64,000 nt of DNA, taken from IMG/VR virus record IMGVR_UViG_3300036402_000045, positions 1-64,000 of that record. The stretch is one strand, 5' to 3'. Shown here piece after piece: positions 9,420 through 18,513 of the stretch. The notes under the pieces are model-generated. The model made no database searches, was not told the DNA's origin, and saw nothing but the letters and a program-made list of their open reading frames with translations. The position numbers and the translations under genes were made by a program. The stretch is from a virus. Within the stretch, counting starts at the first letter, position 1, and every line of letters begins with the position of its first letter.

Positions 9420-9586
9420 CACTTCTCCACCGAAACGGTCCAGCCCGAGATCTGCGTCTCCCGAAGGAGCGCACGGTCGATGGCTTCCTTTATGACCCGC
9501 TCGATGTGAGCATCCTGATCGAGTCGTTCCGTGGGTGTGGAGCCTCGCATCTCAGGACGCCAACGCAGCTTCAGTGTGAACTCCAT
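9419..9586 (-). CDS. Hypothetical protein (55 aa)
   Basis: MEFTLKLRW..., TGATG couplings on both sides. Confidence 0.5.
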   Translation of the reverse strand: MEFTLKLRWRPEMRGSTPTERLDQDAHIERVIKEAIDRALLRETQISGWTVSVEK

Positions 9587-9765
9587 CAGAGCTTCCCCGT
9601 TCCGATCGCAAGCAGCCCAAGGATAAGCAGCGCATCAAGGATCAACTGCGCCAGCAGCGTTCCGGGGTCGGTGGGCTTCCGAATCTTTCCCACCATCAGA
9701 ACCGCAGCAATCGCATTAGCTATCCAAAGCACCAGAACGACGTAGCCAAACCATGTAAGTCCCAT
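9586..9765 (-). CDS. Small membrane protein (leaderless)
   Basis: Two hydrophobic helices; CGTATCA at 9773-9779. Confidence 0.6.
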   Translation of the reverse strand: MGLTWFGYVVLVLWIANAIAAVLMVGKIRKPTDPGTLLAQLILDALLILGLLAIGTGKL

Positions 9766-9975
9766 ATCACGGTGATACGTGAAGTTGGCACTTCCGACAC
9801 CGCACGTCGCCATAGAAGTCCTTGTACGTGGCGTGAGAGCCGTCCCAAGCCAGATGACCGCTCTCGCAACGACATGTTTGGGCGCTGTGCAAAGCCTTCC
9901 TGACTTCGTGCTGCCATTGCAGCGAAGGCGACCAGTACCGACGCCACCGCATCCGTAGTCGTTTTGCGAATCGCA

Positions 9976-10188
9976 TTACAGCGCGTGTGGATGCGTGTTG
10001 AGCCATACGTCGATGAGCCGATCGATCGAAGTGAGATGGTGCTGCACCTGATGTTCTGCCATGTTTCGGATTTCTGTGTCCGAAAGCATCGGGTCCACTT
10101 TGTACGTGAGATCGCCAAGCGCTTCTCGTAACTCATGAAGCGCCACTCTCGCTCGATGCCCTCGCTTCTGTTGCTCGTTGTTGTCCAT
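9976..10188 (-). CDS. Hypothetical protein (leaderless)
   Basis: MDNNEQ; CGTATCA at 10195-10201. Confidence 0.55.
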   Translation of the reverse strand: MDNNEQQKRGHRARVALHELREALGDLTYKVDPMLSDTEIRNMAEHQVQHHLTSIDRLIDVWLNTHPHAL

Positions 10189-10324
10189 GCCCCGTGATAC
10201 GCATTTTCGGATATCGCCCCGCACCGCTCCAGCGTGTACCGCCAGTGATACAAGCGCCCATACACATGAACATTCCGAAGCGCAACAGCATTGCGCCTCT
10301 GGCTCCTTTTTGAGTTTAGAAACC

Positions 10325-10388
10325 CGCCTATAGGTAGCGCCCTATAGGTAGTCGCCTATGCGTAGCGCACTATACATACATCGCTATG
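10325..10388. repeat. Degenerate 13-14 bp tandem repeat (CGCC(C)TATAGGTAG) built on TAG-N4-CTA
   Basis: cgcctataggtag / cgccctataggtag / tcgcctatgcgtag / cgcactatacatac. Confidence 0.65.
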
Positions 10389-10493
10389 TCAGTCGCCATT
10401 GAACCTGCAAACGAGATAAGCGAGCGCAAACGCCAATGAGCCGATACCGACGTAAAGCGCCAATACGATTGCGATGATTTGCAGAACGATCAT
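10389..10493 (-). CDS. Small hydrophobic peptide (leaderless)
   Basis: MIVLQIIAIVLALY...; CGTATCA at 10500-10506. Confidence 0.45.
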   Translation of the reverse strand: MIVLQIIAIVLALYVGIGSLAFALAYLVCRFNGD

Positions 10494-10619
10494 GCGTATT
10501 GATACGTAAAGCGCAAAACATTCTGAACTCGTACGAACGATTGCATTCTCAAACTCATTACGCATGACGCCTCGATACGCATTACGCAACGCATTCGCAC
10601 ACGCAATGCAAAACGTCAC

Positions 10620-11480
10620 AGAACGATGCGCTTCAGAACGTTTCCGATCATCCCTATATGTACCTATGCGTGCACTCCGAATGGTCCTACCGACAGCCGA
10701 AAAAATGACTAGCCACTTTCGCCTAGCGCTAATGGGTGACTTCAGAATGATCCGAACTAACTAGGCATAGCTAGGTATGTATAGGTGGCTATAGGAATGG
10801 GTGAAAGCCTTATGCCGTATGGGTTTGAGCGTTCACTAACGACGGTGCCGAGGGATAAGCGGTAGGGCATAGGTGCGTATTGAGGGTAGACGAAAACGGA
10901 TTAGGGGAAACGGAATGGAATGTTCGGAAAGCAATAGACCAGAGGAATAGGCGTAGTAGGTAGCAGGGTAGGTAATGGTCATTCCCTTTCCCCTCTCGCT
11001 TTAGGCTCGAACGTAGCTAGTAGGCGTACGTATGTAGGGGGTTCGAGCGCTCCAGTACGTGACAGGAACGAGGGTAGGTAGGCGTCAAGTGTTCCGGGGT
11101 TGTGCTCCAGGGAGACGCACCTAGCGCTAGGGGTTCCCCTAAGTTCGGAAACCGTCGATGTGGCGTAGTTAGGGTCCGAACCTCGTTTCAGAGTCTTAGA
11201 CGAGGTTCTAGGGGGTTCTCAGAGGCTTCTGACAGGTAGTGGCGTATACGTATGTAGCTATGGGGTTCCGAACCTTGTCCGGAGCTAGTACGTAGAAGAA
11301 CCCCGGAATGGGGGTTCCGGGGTTCTCCAGTAGGGGTTATGGGTTCGAGCGCTCCAGCTAGCGCTAGGGGGTTCTCCAGCTAGAGCAGGAGGGTAGGCAG
11401 GTACGTGACAACGGATAGGCAGAAGAGCGTTAGGACGAGGACGGCTAGCCAGTAATCCGCCATCGTCGGCGCGGGGTTCC
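10620..11480. repeat. Non-coding region with dispersed short repeats (GGGGTTC, GTTCGAGCGCTCCAG, CTAG-rich)
   Basis: No credible ORF; repeats at 11041/11343 and 11204 shared with 13186/13327. Confidence 0.6.
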
Positions 11481-12902
11481 TCATGCTCGAACCTCATGAG
11501 CGTTACCGCCGAATGAGACGCTTTCCGTTCCCTTACACGTTGCCTCGTCCGCAATGAGGTATCCGTGTCCACCGTTGACGTACTGGGGGTCAAGCTCCAG
11601 CGCGATTTTGCGATACGTGCGACCTGTCAGGAAAGCGAGAATCCGAACCGCCGCGTATCCCTCCAGTTCGCCATATCCGTTGTAGACGAGAAAGCCGCGG
11701 GCGTTGTCGATATCGCCGGAAGGCTTGAGATTCTCGTCTAGGGGTTGAATCCATGCGCGCCCATTCGGACGGTCGGAATCGGAATCATCGGAATCGTAGG
11801 TCCGGATTGCGATTCCGCCCCAGTTCTTTAGAGCACACTTCGAAACCGCGTAGCCACCGGACGAGAACCAACAGGAATCGGAATGGTAGAAAGCGTCCGC
11901 GGACTGATTGAGATCACGCGTTAGCTCAATCCGAAACTCATTCTGCTTCGAAGTGTGCTGCGATGCGAGGTTACCGATTTCGGAAAGAACGTTCGCCGGA
12001 ATCTTGCATCGCAAGTCACGGTAGAAAGTCTTCGAAATCCGCTTAGTGAAGTTTCCTGCTTTGGTCTGCCACGTCGGGTCAAGTTCGCGGACAACGCGGC
12101 GGATATCCCAGCTATCTAGGACCCATTCGGTATCGGTAGCGTGCAGCCGCGCTCCGATCAGGAGGGTAACGATTGCGTCGATTCCCTCATTCGAAATGGC
12201 GCCGGAGGGAAGTTCCACCGTAAGCCTTTCGTCCGGACCCAAAGTGTCCGCGCCATTCGGAAAGCGGAATCGGAGGTTCGGCGCGACGCAATCGCAACCG
12301 GAATGATCGTGATCGGAGGAATTGTCATAGTGGTAATACTCTTCGCACGTATCGCAGTAGCCGAAATGGTAATCGATGCACGTTTCGCAAACCTCGCGGT
12401 CGTCAACTTCGCGGAGATTGACGGTGCGACGGTTGCAGATATCGCATGACGAACAATCGCAGCATTGTTCGCAGTTTCCGCAGTTTCCGCAGTATCCCTC
12501 TTCCGACGAAACCATTTCGGAGCAGGAATTGCAGTAGAAACAATCGCAATGGTTTTCGCACGCTTGGCACGTTCCACAAAGGTTTTCGTGGAAGTCGTCG
12601 CACCGATAGCCGACACATTCGGAAAGGTGGCAGGGATAGAGGTTCCACCGGACGACCCGCGCGCCGTCGCGCCACTGGTCGCGGTATCCGTGCCGCGTAC
12701 GTGTCGTCACGTAACAACCGGCGGAAATCCGGAAATGCGATTCCGGATACGTGTCGTCGTCGCAATCGTCGCAGTAGTGAGAGGCAACCCCTAGAGCAAT
12801 GGGGGTTTGAGACGAGGGAACGAGGAACGTCCCGAAAACGTTTCGGTAGCCGCGGGAACCCCTAGCCGCGGGAAGTGTGTCGGTAGCTGAAGCTTCGAAC
12901 AT
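11481..12902 (-). CDS. Cys-rich multi-zinc-ribbon protein
   Basis: About 10 CxxC motifs in N-half, GAAAGG RBS, atypical codon usage. Confidence 0.75.
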   Translation of the reverse strand: MFEASATDTLPAARGSRGYRNVFGTFLVPSSQTPIALGVASHYCDDCDDDTYPESHFRISAGCYVTTRTRHGYRDQWRDGARVVRWNLYPCHLSECVGYRCDDFHENLCGTCQACENHCDCFYCNSCSEMVSSEEGYCGNCGNCEQCCDCSSCDICNRRTVNLREVDDREVCETCIDYHFGYCDTCEEYYHYDNSSDHDHSGCDCVAPNLRFRFPNGADTLGPDERLTVELPSGAISNEGIDAIVTLLIGARLHATDTEWVLDSWDIRRVVRELDPTWQTKAGNFTKRISKTFYRDLRCKIPANVLSEIGNLASQHTSKQNEFRIELTRDLNQSADAFYHSDSCWFSSGGYAVSKCALKNWGGIAIRTYDSDDSDSDRPNGRAWIQPLDENLKPSGDIDNARGFLVYNGYGELEGYAAVRILAFLTGRTYRKIALELDPQYVNGGHGYLIADEATCKGTESVSFGGNAHEVRA

Positions 12903-12904
12903 GG

Positions 12905-13440
12905 CGGAAAGCCTTTCGGTCTGGGGGTTCCTCCGAACCCCGCAAGTGCAACGTTACACGTTTCGGAATGTTTCTGGGGTGACTTGAGGAACGCGTGCGA
13001 CGCGCGCGCACGTAGTAAGCGGATTTCCGTTCCGGAGCGCTGGAGGTTCGGAACGTTCCGATGCTCGCGATAGTTAGCGGTTTGCTAGCTGTTCGGAACG
13101 TTCCGATCCTCAAATCGCTTCAGAGGTTCGGAAACCTCGTTCCGCGTGTCGTCGGCGCGGAATGGCGGTTCCGGAGCGCTCGCGGGGTTCTAGGGGGTTC
13201 TCACGCCTAGCTAGAGGAACCGTCCGGACCGCGTGACGTAGCGCTAGGCGTGAGGTTCGGAGCGCTAGCGGTTCGGAATGTCCGATATCGACGCTTGCAA
13301 GCGCGCGGAACCCCTCATTTCGGAGTGTTCGAGCGCTCCAGCTAGCGCGGCGTGACCGCGTGCGATCGGCAGGGGACGAGCGCGCCCGCGCTCCGGAATA
13401 TTCGGTCTGCCTAACTTCAGAATGTCGGCGCGCCTAACGG
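12905..13440. repeat. Non-coding repeat region
   Basis: GTTCGGAACGTTCCGAT at 13046 and 13091; 18- and 22-nt repeats shared with the 11.2-11.4 kb region. Confidence 0.6.
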
Positions 13441-13447
13441 AATGTGT

Positions 13448-13549
13448 TCGTCCACAGGTTGTGGACAAACCTGTGGAAAAGAGTTATCCTCAGGGAGATC
13501 GGAGTTTTTCCACAGCGAAATCCACAGGCTGTGGACAAGCTGGGGACGA
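13448..13549. promoter_or_regulatory. Cluster of about 8 DnaA boxes (oriC-like)
   Basis: TGTGGACAA at 13460 and 13530 (perfect TTGTCCACA on - strand) plus 6 near-matches at about 12-bp periodicity. Confidence 0.7.
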
Positions 13550-13686
13550 CGGAGGGTATGTCCGTTTTGCCCCGGTTTGGTAGGATTCGAGGCACGTCCT
13601 CTCTTACTACGCTCTCTACTGAGGCTGTGACTTTTTGGACTTTCTCAGTTTCCGCAAACCTCTGTGACTTTCGGAAATATTCTGAG

Positions 13687-13715
13687 ACGCGAAAAATCCC
13701 CGCCGAAACGGGGAT
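13687..13715 (-). terminator. Intrinsic terminator
   Basis: ATCCCCG/CGGGGAT stem followed by TTTTCGCGT on - strand. Confidence 0.7.
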
Positions 13716-13744
13716 CTCCGCATGACGATCAGTTACATAGGTGA

Positions 13745-14143
13745 CTATGCGCTAGGCGTGTCCTCCTTTGGAGTCGTCGTAGCCGGTGCGTACGTCGGCA
13801 CAGGTTCGGGTGTTGGCTCCGTAGTAGGCGCAGCCTGCGGAACCCTGTAGACGGGAAGAGTCGTGGTTGTGGCCTCGATGTCCGAAACCCTGTTCTCCAG
13901 TGACCCAACCCGATCCTCAACCGTTGCGGGCTTCTGAGGCTCTGTAACGATCACAGGGGCCTCGGTGACATCAGTAGTGCCCAATGTGGTTTCCGGTGCT
14001 CCTGCGGGATCTGAGACGGTAGAAGCGGGATTCTGAAGTCGTGTCTCAGGCGCATCCCACAAGGACAGGACAGCGAACGTGGCGAGAACGCTTGCGATCG
14101 CGGCCGCTGCCATCGGCACAATGAGGTTCCGAGACGCCCTCAT
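13745..14143 (-). CDS. Membrane-anchored Thr/Pro-rich protein
   Basis: N-terminal TM helix, TTTTLP/PTPEP tracts. Confidence 0.6.
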   Translation of the reverse strand: MRASRNLIVPMAAAAIASVLATFAVLSLWDAPETRLQNPASTVSDPAGAPETTLGTTDVTEAPVIVTEPQKPATVEDRVGSLENRVSDIEATTTTLPVYRVPQAAPTTEPTPEPVPTYAPATTTPKEDTPSA

Positions 14144-15057
14144 GCGAGGGAATCCGGAAGCTCGACGTTGGCGACGACCGCACCGTGACGAAGGATCTCG
14201 GCCTTCGAAGGACGCTTTCCGAAAGCGAAGCTGCGATCCCGGTCCGAGCGGGTGAGCGTTGCCGTCATGCGGACGACATCGCCCTTCTCGGTCGTGATGC
14301 TGTTCGGCTCCGTGACGTAGACGAGCCAGATGCCGCCACGCTCCTGATCGTCGCACTTGAGCACGATCTTGCAGGTGGAGCCGTAATCGCCCTCAACCCA
14401 CTTGCGGGAAACGACGACGCCCTCGAAGACCATGCGGCCCGTAGGAGCATCCACCTTCGTCTCAGCGACCGGTGCGGGCGCAGCGTTGCGAGCCTTGGCC
14501 TCGCTCAGAAGCTTCTCCACGAAAGCAACCTGACGATCCGAGAGGTTGCCGTACTGCCAGAGCTTCGAGCGGATATCCGAAACGGTGCGGAGGCCGTAGC
14601 CCTCCAGCGAAGTCACGTCCTCAAGGAACGTCTCCCGATCGAGCACGATCGCAAGCTCACCGCCAAGGTTGGCGATGAAGTCCCGAGCGGCGTTCTTGAT
14701 CCGCTGTTGCTCCCGGTCAAGCTGCGCGGCCTTGCGGAGAGCCTGGAAGTCAGCCGTGGCCCGCTCGAAGCGGTTCTCCAAGCACGTCTCGCCCACGGCG
14801 ATGTAAGCGCCCGAGGGAAGGTGCTTCAGGATCGCCACATAGCGCAGATGTGCGCCGCAGTGGTGACACTGGTAGCGGCCCCGGTCGGACAAGGGCGAGC
14901 GCTTGAGGCCGTCGTTGATGTCCTGAATGAACGCGAGGCCCTCGGCGCTCTCGCGCATCCCGAGCGGGAAGAAGTGCTCGTTGTCGCCTGCCCACACGTA
15001 GTCGTAGTCCTCGGTGACAAGGTTCTTCGGGCTGTGAACGTCGGTACGGGTCGTCAT
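14140..15057 (-). CDS. Zn-ribbon plus C-terminal OB-fold-like protein (leaderless)
   Basis: CHHCG...VGETC; FEGVVV...GDVVRMTAT...FGKRP. Confidence 0.6.
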   Translation of the reverse strand: MTTRTDVHSPKNLVTEDYDYVWAGDNEHFFPLGMRESAEGLAFIQDINDGLKRSPLSDRGRYQCHHCGAHLRYVAILKHLPSGAYIAVGETCLENRFERATADFQALRKAAQLDREQQRIKNAARDFIANLGGELAIVLDRETFLEDVTSLEGYGLRTVSDIRSKLWQYGNLSDRQVAFVEKLLSEAKARNAAPAPVAETKVDAPTGRMVFEGVVVSRKWVEGDYGSTCKIVLKCDDQERGGIWLVYVTEPNSITTEKGDVVRMTATLTRSDRDRSFAFGKRPSKAEILRHGAVVANVELPDSLA

Positions 15058-15064
15058 GTGAGTC

Positions 15065-15093
15065 AGTATGCCTTTCGGAAAGTTTGGCGTCAA
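15065..15093 (-). promoter_or_regulatory. SigA-type promoter with TTCCGAA in spacer
   Basis: TTGACG-17-CATACT, 7 nt to ATG. Confidence 0.7.
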
Positions 15094-15119
15094 CAGATTT
15101 CGGAAGTTTCTCCGAAAGA

Positions 15120-15434
15120 TCAGGCGTGAGCCTCGCAAAGCTCGATCTGCTCGATGTCGTTGTAGGCCACGCGGCAACCGCACGGAAGAACCTCGGGATC
15201 ACCGGCCCGCCACTCGTCGCCCTGATCGGCACGATGGATAACCCAACCCGCAAGCTCTTCGACGGCATCACGGGGAAGCAGGTTCGAGTTCATCTCGGCG
15301 CGGGCCTCGCCAACGGAGATCTCACCGGCATTTATCATGTGCCGAAGCATCGTTGCGGCCATCGAGCCGACGCGGATCGAGCGAACTCCGCACTCCGAGC
15401 AGGTGTAGTGGGTGGGCTGGGTGGTGGTCGTCAT
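15120..15434 (-). CDS. Zn-binding hypothetical protein (leaderless)
   Basis: CSECG, PCGC...CEAH. Confidence 0.6.
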   Translation of the reverse strand: MTTTTQPTHYTCSECGVRSIRVGSMAATMLRHMINAGEISVGEARAEMNSNLLPRDAVEELAGWVIHRADQGDEWRAGDPEVLPCGCRVAYNDIEQIELCEAHA

Positions 15435-15441
15435 GTAGGCA

Positions 15442-15470
15442 AGTATGGCTTTCGGAATCTTCTGCGTCAA
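15442..15470 (-). promoter_or_regulatory. SigA-type promoter with TTCCGAA in spacer
   Basis: TTGACG-17-CATACT, 7 nt to ATG. Confidence 0.7.
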
Positions 15471-15733
15471 GCCTGTTCGGAATCTTTTCGGAAGCTCCAC
15501 TGAGACGTGTAGCGCACACGCCGATACTGAAGGTCGTGAGACTGGTGGAGTAGCTGCGAAACCCATCCGAGGCAGTTCCCGTACGTGAACCCGTGAGAAC
15601 GCGTCAGCATCGGCGTGGCCCACATCTCGTCAAGAACCTCGTTGATGTCGAACCACTGATCGACACCCCTTCGGAAAACGATGGAGGCAGCACATCTCAC
15701 CACGTACTCAAGCTGCGGGTTCTCGTTCGGCAT
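15467..15733 (-). CDS. Hypothetical protein
   Basis: TGATG coupling. Confidence 0.45.
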   Translation of the reverse strand: MPNENPQLEYVVRCAASIVFRRGVDQWFDINEVLDEMWATPMLTRSHGFTYGNCLGWVSQLLHQSHDLQYRRVRYTSQWSFRKDSEQA

Positions 15734-16047
15734 CAGGATTCCTTCCTAACGCCGCTGTAGCCGCCCCAGTACCACGCATCCAACGTCTCCAGCGTTCCGT
15801 ACGTGTGGCCCTTGTGGACTTGGCCGTAGCCCTTGATTCCGAAGATCCGGCCCGTGGCGATCTCGACCATGTATTTGCCGCTCATGTTCGAGGCAAAGCC
15901 CACGTTGACCTTGACGTACTTCTTGCCCGGAACGATCTCGACGTTCTCTTCGTCGGCCTGCCACTGAGACAGCGTGGCGGCGATCCGCTCCTTGCGCTCC
16001 TTCAGAAGCAACGCAGCGAAGCCCTCAATGGTGGCGGGCGTGCTCAC
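15733..16047 (-). CDS. Conserved phage hypothetical protein
   Basis: PGKKYVKV...GRIFGIKGY pattern typical of phage early proteins. Confidence 0.65.
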   Translation of the reverse strand: MSTPATIEGFAALLLKERKERIAATLSQWQADEENVEIVPGKKYVKVNVGFASNMSGKYMVEIATGRIFGIKGYGQVHKGHTYGTLETLDAWYWGGYSGVRKES

Positions 16048-16415
16048 TCTGCACAACCCGAGAAGATCGCAACGGCCTTCGGGTTGTAGGCGACATCGGT
16101 GGGATCGACCAGACCGACGACGAACTCTCGAACCTCGTTGACGAAGGCATCGAAAGCCTTTTCCGAATACCGAGCCACAGGACGAGAGATCAGCCGCACG
16201 GCGTCAAAGGGGAAGAACCCCTCGGTGCTGTAGCCGTTCTCCGTCTTGACCGTGACGAGGTTCAACGACGCCGTGAAGAACTTCCGCTCCTTGTTGTGAT
16301 AGGCGAACACCTGAGCAACGCGGACGCCCTCGGCGTCCTCAACGCCCGTGGCGTAGTTCAGCTTGACGGTGCGCTGCGAGGCGTTCTTGCGAACGGTGGG
16401 GGTCGGGATAGTCAT
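16044..16415 (-). CDS. Hypothetical protein
   Basis: MTIPTP, GGAGG RBS. Confidence 0.6.
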   Translation of the reverse strand: MTIPTPTVRKNASQRTVKLNYATGVEDAEGVRVAQVFAYHNKERKFFTASLNLVTVKTENGYSTEGFFPFDAVRLISRPVARYSEKAFDAFVNEVREFVVGLVDPTDVAYNPKAVAIFSGCAE

Positions 16416-16609
16416 CAGACCGCCGCCTCCTTCTCGGGAACCGCGACGAGGCTGTGACGGTCGGCCCGAGAAGCCATGAAGCTGTCTGCCTCGGCCTTGG
16501 TCAGACCGGTTGCCAGTGTCTTCTGAACGGTCTGGTACTGAGCAAGCGTGCGGTTGTAGACGAGTCCGGAGAACCGGACCGTCCACTTCTCGGGCTGAGT
16601 CGTTGTCAT
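16415..16609 (-). CDS. Hypothetical protein (leaderless)
   Basis: MTTTQPE after promoter 16616-16644. Confidence 0.6.
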   Translation of the reverse strand: MTTTQPEKWTVRFSGLVYNRTLAQYQTVQKTLATGLTKAEADSFMASRADRHSLVAVPEKEAAV

Positions 16610-16615
16610 GCCCTC

Positions 16616-16644
16616 AGTCAACACGACTTCGGAATCTTTGTCAA
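16616..16644 (-). promoter_or_regulatory. Early promoter, near-duplicate of 36462-36490
   Basis: TTGACA-AAGATTCCGAAGTCGTG-TTGACT-GAGGGC-ATG. Confidence 0.65.
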
Positions 16645-16811
16645 CGAGCATCTTCAGAATCTTCCTTCTTCGCCATGTGCAGGAGGATCAAACCGCGAGC
16701 GGCGTGAAGGTCGTAGCCGTGGTCCTGAAGATCTTGGGAGATCTGAAGCACGGTCTTGCCCTTCGCAAGACGCTTCTCGATGTAGCCGTCGATGTCGTGA
16801 ATGTGCTCCAT
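16641..16811 (-). CDS. Hypothetical protein
   Basis: MEHIHDIDG..., TGATG coupling. Confidence 0.5.
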   Translation of the reverse strand: MEHIHDIDGYIEKRLAKGKTVLQISQDLQDHGYDLHAARGLILLHMAKKEDSEDAR

Positions 16812-16984
16812 CAGATCCCCCGAACCTCTTCGATCATCGTGATTCGGAAGTTGATCTTCTGATCGATGAACTCCTTCTCCATCTTGGTCAGAGCCGCGCC
16901 GATGCCGCCTGCCTCGACATAGCGAAGCGCACGGTCGGCATCGTCCAGCCCCTCATACCAAACGAGGACGCGGTAGGTCCGCAT
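16811..16984 (-). CDS. Hypothetical protein
   Basis: MRTYRV, AGGAGG RBS. Confidence 0.55.
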   Translation of the reverse strand: MRTYRVLVWYEGLDDADRALRYVEAGGIGAALTKMEKEFIDQKINFRITMIEEVRGI

Positions 16985-17856
16985 CAGTGATTCCCTCCTT
17001 CGGAAAGATCGTTCAGCATGTCGTGAGTCTTGAGCCACTCGTTCAGCCGCTCGATGTCGGAATCGTTGGTCATGCCGCCCGTGTTCCAACCTCCAATGAT
17101 GCTGTTCGTCGGGTTGAAATCATCGAACCACGAAGACGGATCGTGCTCCAGCACAACGGCGGCGTTGTCCTTGTGGAAGCGCAGGAAGTACGCAACCATC
17201 CGGAACGTGTCTTCCAGCCATGCGTGTGAGCGAGGCCCGTGGTAGTCCTGATAGCCAACGCCCCAGTTGAACGCGGCCACGCCAAGGTGCTCCAGCAGGC
17301 AGATATCCGAAAAGGAACCCATGCCGACGCGAGCGCCCGTGTCCTTGACGAGATCCACCAAATCCGGCGTCTCGTAGTCGTACATGACGACATCGGTGCC
17401 GCCACGATCGAACTCGATGATCCAGTTGTAGTCCTTGTCGGAGACGAACTCTTCCGCCGTGCTCTGGCCGATCTCTTCGTCGGTGGTCAGAAGCCAATCG
17501 CAAGTGATTCCAAGCTTCGGAAGAAGCTCCAGGATGACGTACGCACCCAACCGATCATCGAGCGCCCCTGAGACGGCCATGAGGCCCGCAGCGGTGTCGA
17601 TGACGTTGCAGGTTCCGTCAGCCTGAACATGATCCAGGTGAGCAACTGCAAGGATCTTCGAGCCATTGTCGGCGTAGTGGTAGAAGCGACGACGCCCCGT
17701 GCGGGGATCAGGATCGAGATCGACCCGCGGTGCGTACGTGGAGAAGTCCTGAAGCTCACAGACCCGCTTGAGCGCATCGGCATCGAAGGCAGAGCGGATC
17801 TTGCCCATCACCTTCTTGGCGGGGTTCTTGTGCGTGTGGTTGACGGAGTAGGTCAA
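16984..17856 (-). CDS. M28-family zinc peptidase
   Basis: AHLD, ALDDRLG, TDEEIG, IEFDR, GYxDYH; start uncertain (TTG 17856 or ATG 17808), promoter at 17893-17921. Confidence 0.8.
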   Translation of the reverse strand: MTYSVNHTHKNPAKKVMGKIRSAFDADALKRVCELQDFSTYAPRVDLDPDPRTGRRRFYHYADNGSKILAVAHLDHVQADGTCNVIDTAAGLMAVSGALDDRLGAYVILELLPKLGITCDWLLTTDEEIGQSTAEEFVSDKDYNWIIEFDRGGTDVVMYDYETPDLVDLVKDTGARVGMGSFSDICLLEHLGVAAFNWGVGYQDYHGPRSHAWLEDTFRMVAYFLRFHKDNAAVVLEHDPSSWFDDFNPTNSIIGGWNTGGMTNDSDIERLNEWLKTHDMLNDLSEGGNH

Positions 17857-17917
17857 GCGATTGCTTTCGGCGTAGTAGGGATTGGAAACAACAGTGTCGC
17901 AGCTTTCGGAATGTTTG

Positions 17918-18112
17918 TCAAACGGGATCGGAACCACCGAGAGGCGGATCGTCGTCTAGGCCAAGCTGAGCGGCCACTTCCGACAGAAGCTCGTCGGTGT
18001 CCTCCAGGCGATCACCGGGACGCCCGTAATCCATCCACCAGCGAACAGCTTCGGCGTCGGAATCGAACTTGTGAACGACCTCACCGGCGTCATTGCAGAC
18101 GTGGACGGCCAT
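17918..18112 (-). CDS. Hypothetical protein
   Basis: ORF track, coupled. Confidence 0.5.
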   Translation of the reverse strand: MAVHVCNDAGEVVHKFDSDAEAVRWWMDYGRPGDRLEDTDELLSEVAAQLGLDDDPPLGGSDPV

Positions 18113-18438
18113 CAGAAGTCACTGTCCTTGTCTGCGACAACGTGGTACGCACCGTTGCCCTTGATCTGGCAGAACAGCGTGCCGTCCGTCGTGGAGTACC
18201 ACAGCCCCTCGATATCCGAAACGAGGGGAGCGGAACAGCGCTCGCACACGACAGCCACGGGCCATGTCTGAACCTCGCGGACAGCGACGGCGGTGCGGCG
18301 GTTGTCGGAAACGCCCTCCAGGATCGCAACCTCGTCGTCGTGGCCGAGGAAGCCGACGACACGAAGGGCGTAGGACAGGCGCATACGAACCTCTCCGACC
18401 TTGGGGAGCGGAAGCGTGGAGATGGGGAGTGCGGGCAT
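18112..18438 (-). CDS. Hypothetical Zn-ribbon protein (leaderless)
   Basis: CERC...FC...H. Confidence 0.55.
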   Translation of the reverse strand: MPALPISTLPLPKVGEVRMRLSYALRVVGFLGHDDEVAILEGVSDNRRTAVAVREVQTWPVAVVCERCSAPLVSDIEGLWYSTTDGTLFCQIKGNGAYHVVADKDSDF

Positions 18439-18444
18439 GGCGTC

Positions 18445-18506
18445 AGTGAATCACATTCGGAAACATTCCGCAAGAGCTTGACTTCAGAATCTCCGTAGGC
18501 CACTAT
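18445..18506. promoter_or_regulatory. Back-to-back divergent SigA-type promoters
   Basis: (-) TTGCGG-17-TTCACT 6 nt to ATG 18438; (+) TTGACT-17-CACTAT 7 nt to ATG 18514. Confidence 0.6.
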
Positions 18507-18513
18507 GCGGGCC

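Noticed and set aside
10620-13440. CRISPR or TIGR-type array in the repeat region
   Set aside because: Repeats are irregularly spaced with no constant repeat-spacer period; no Cas1/2 or Nop-domain gene seen
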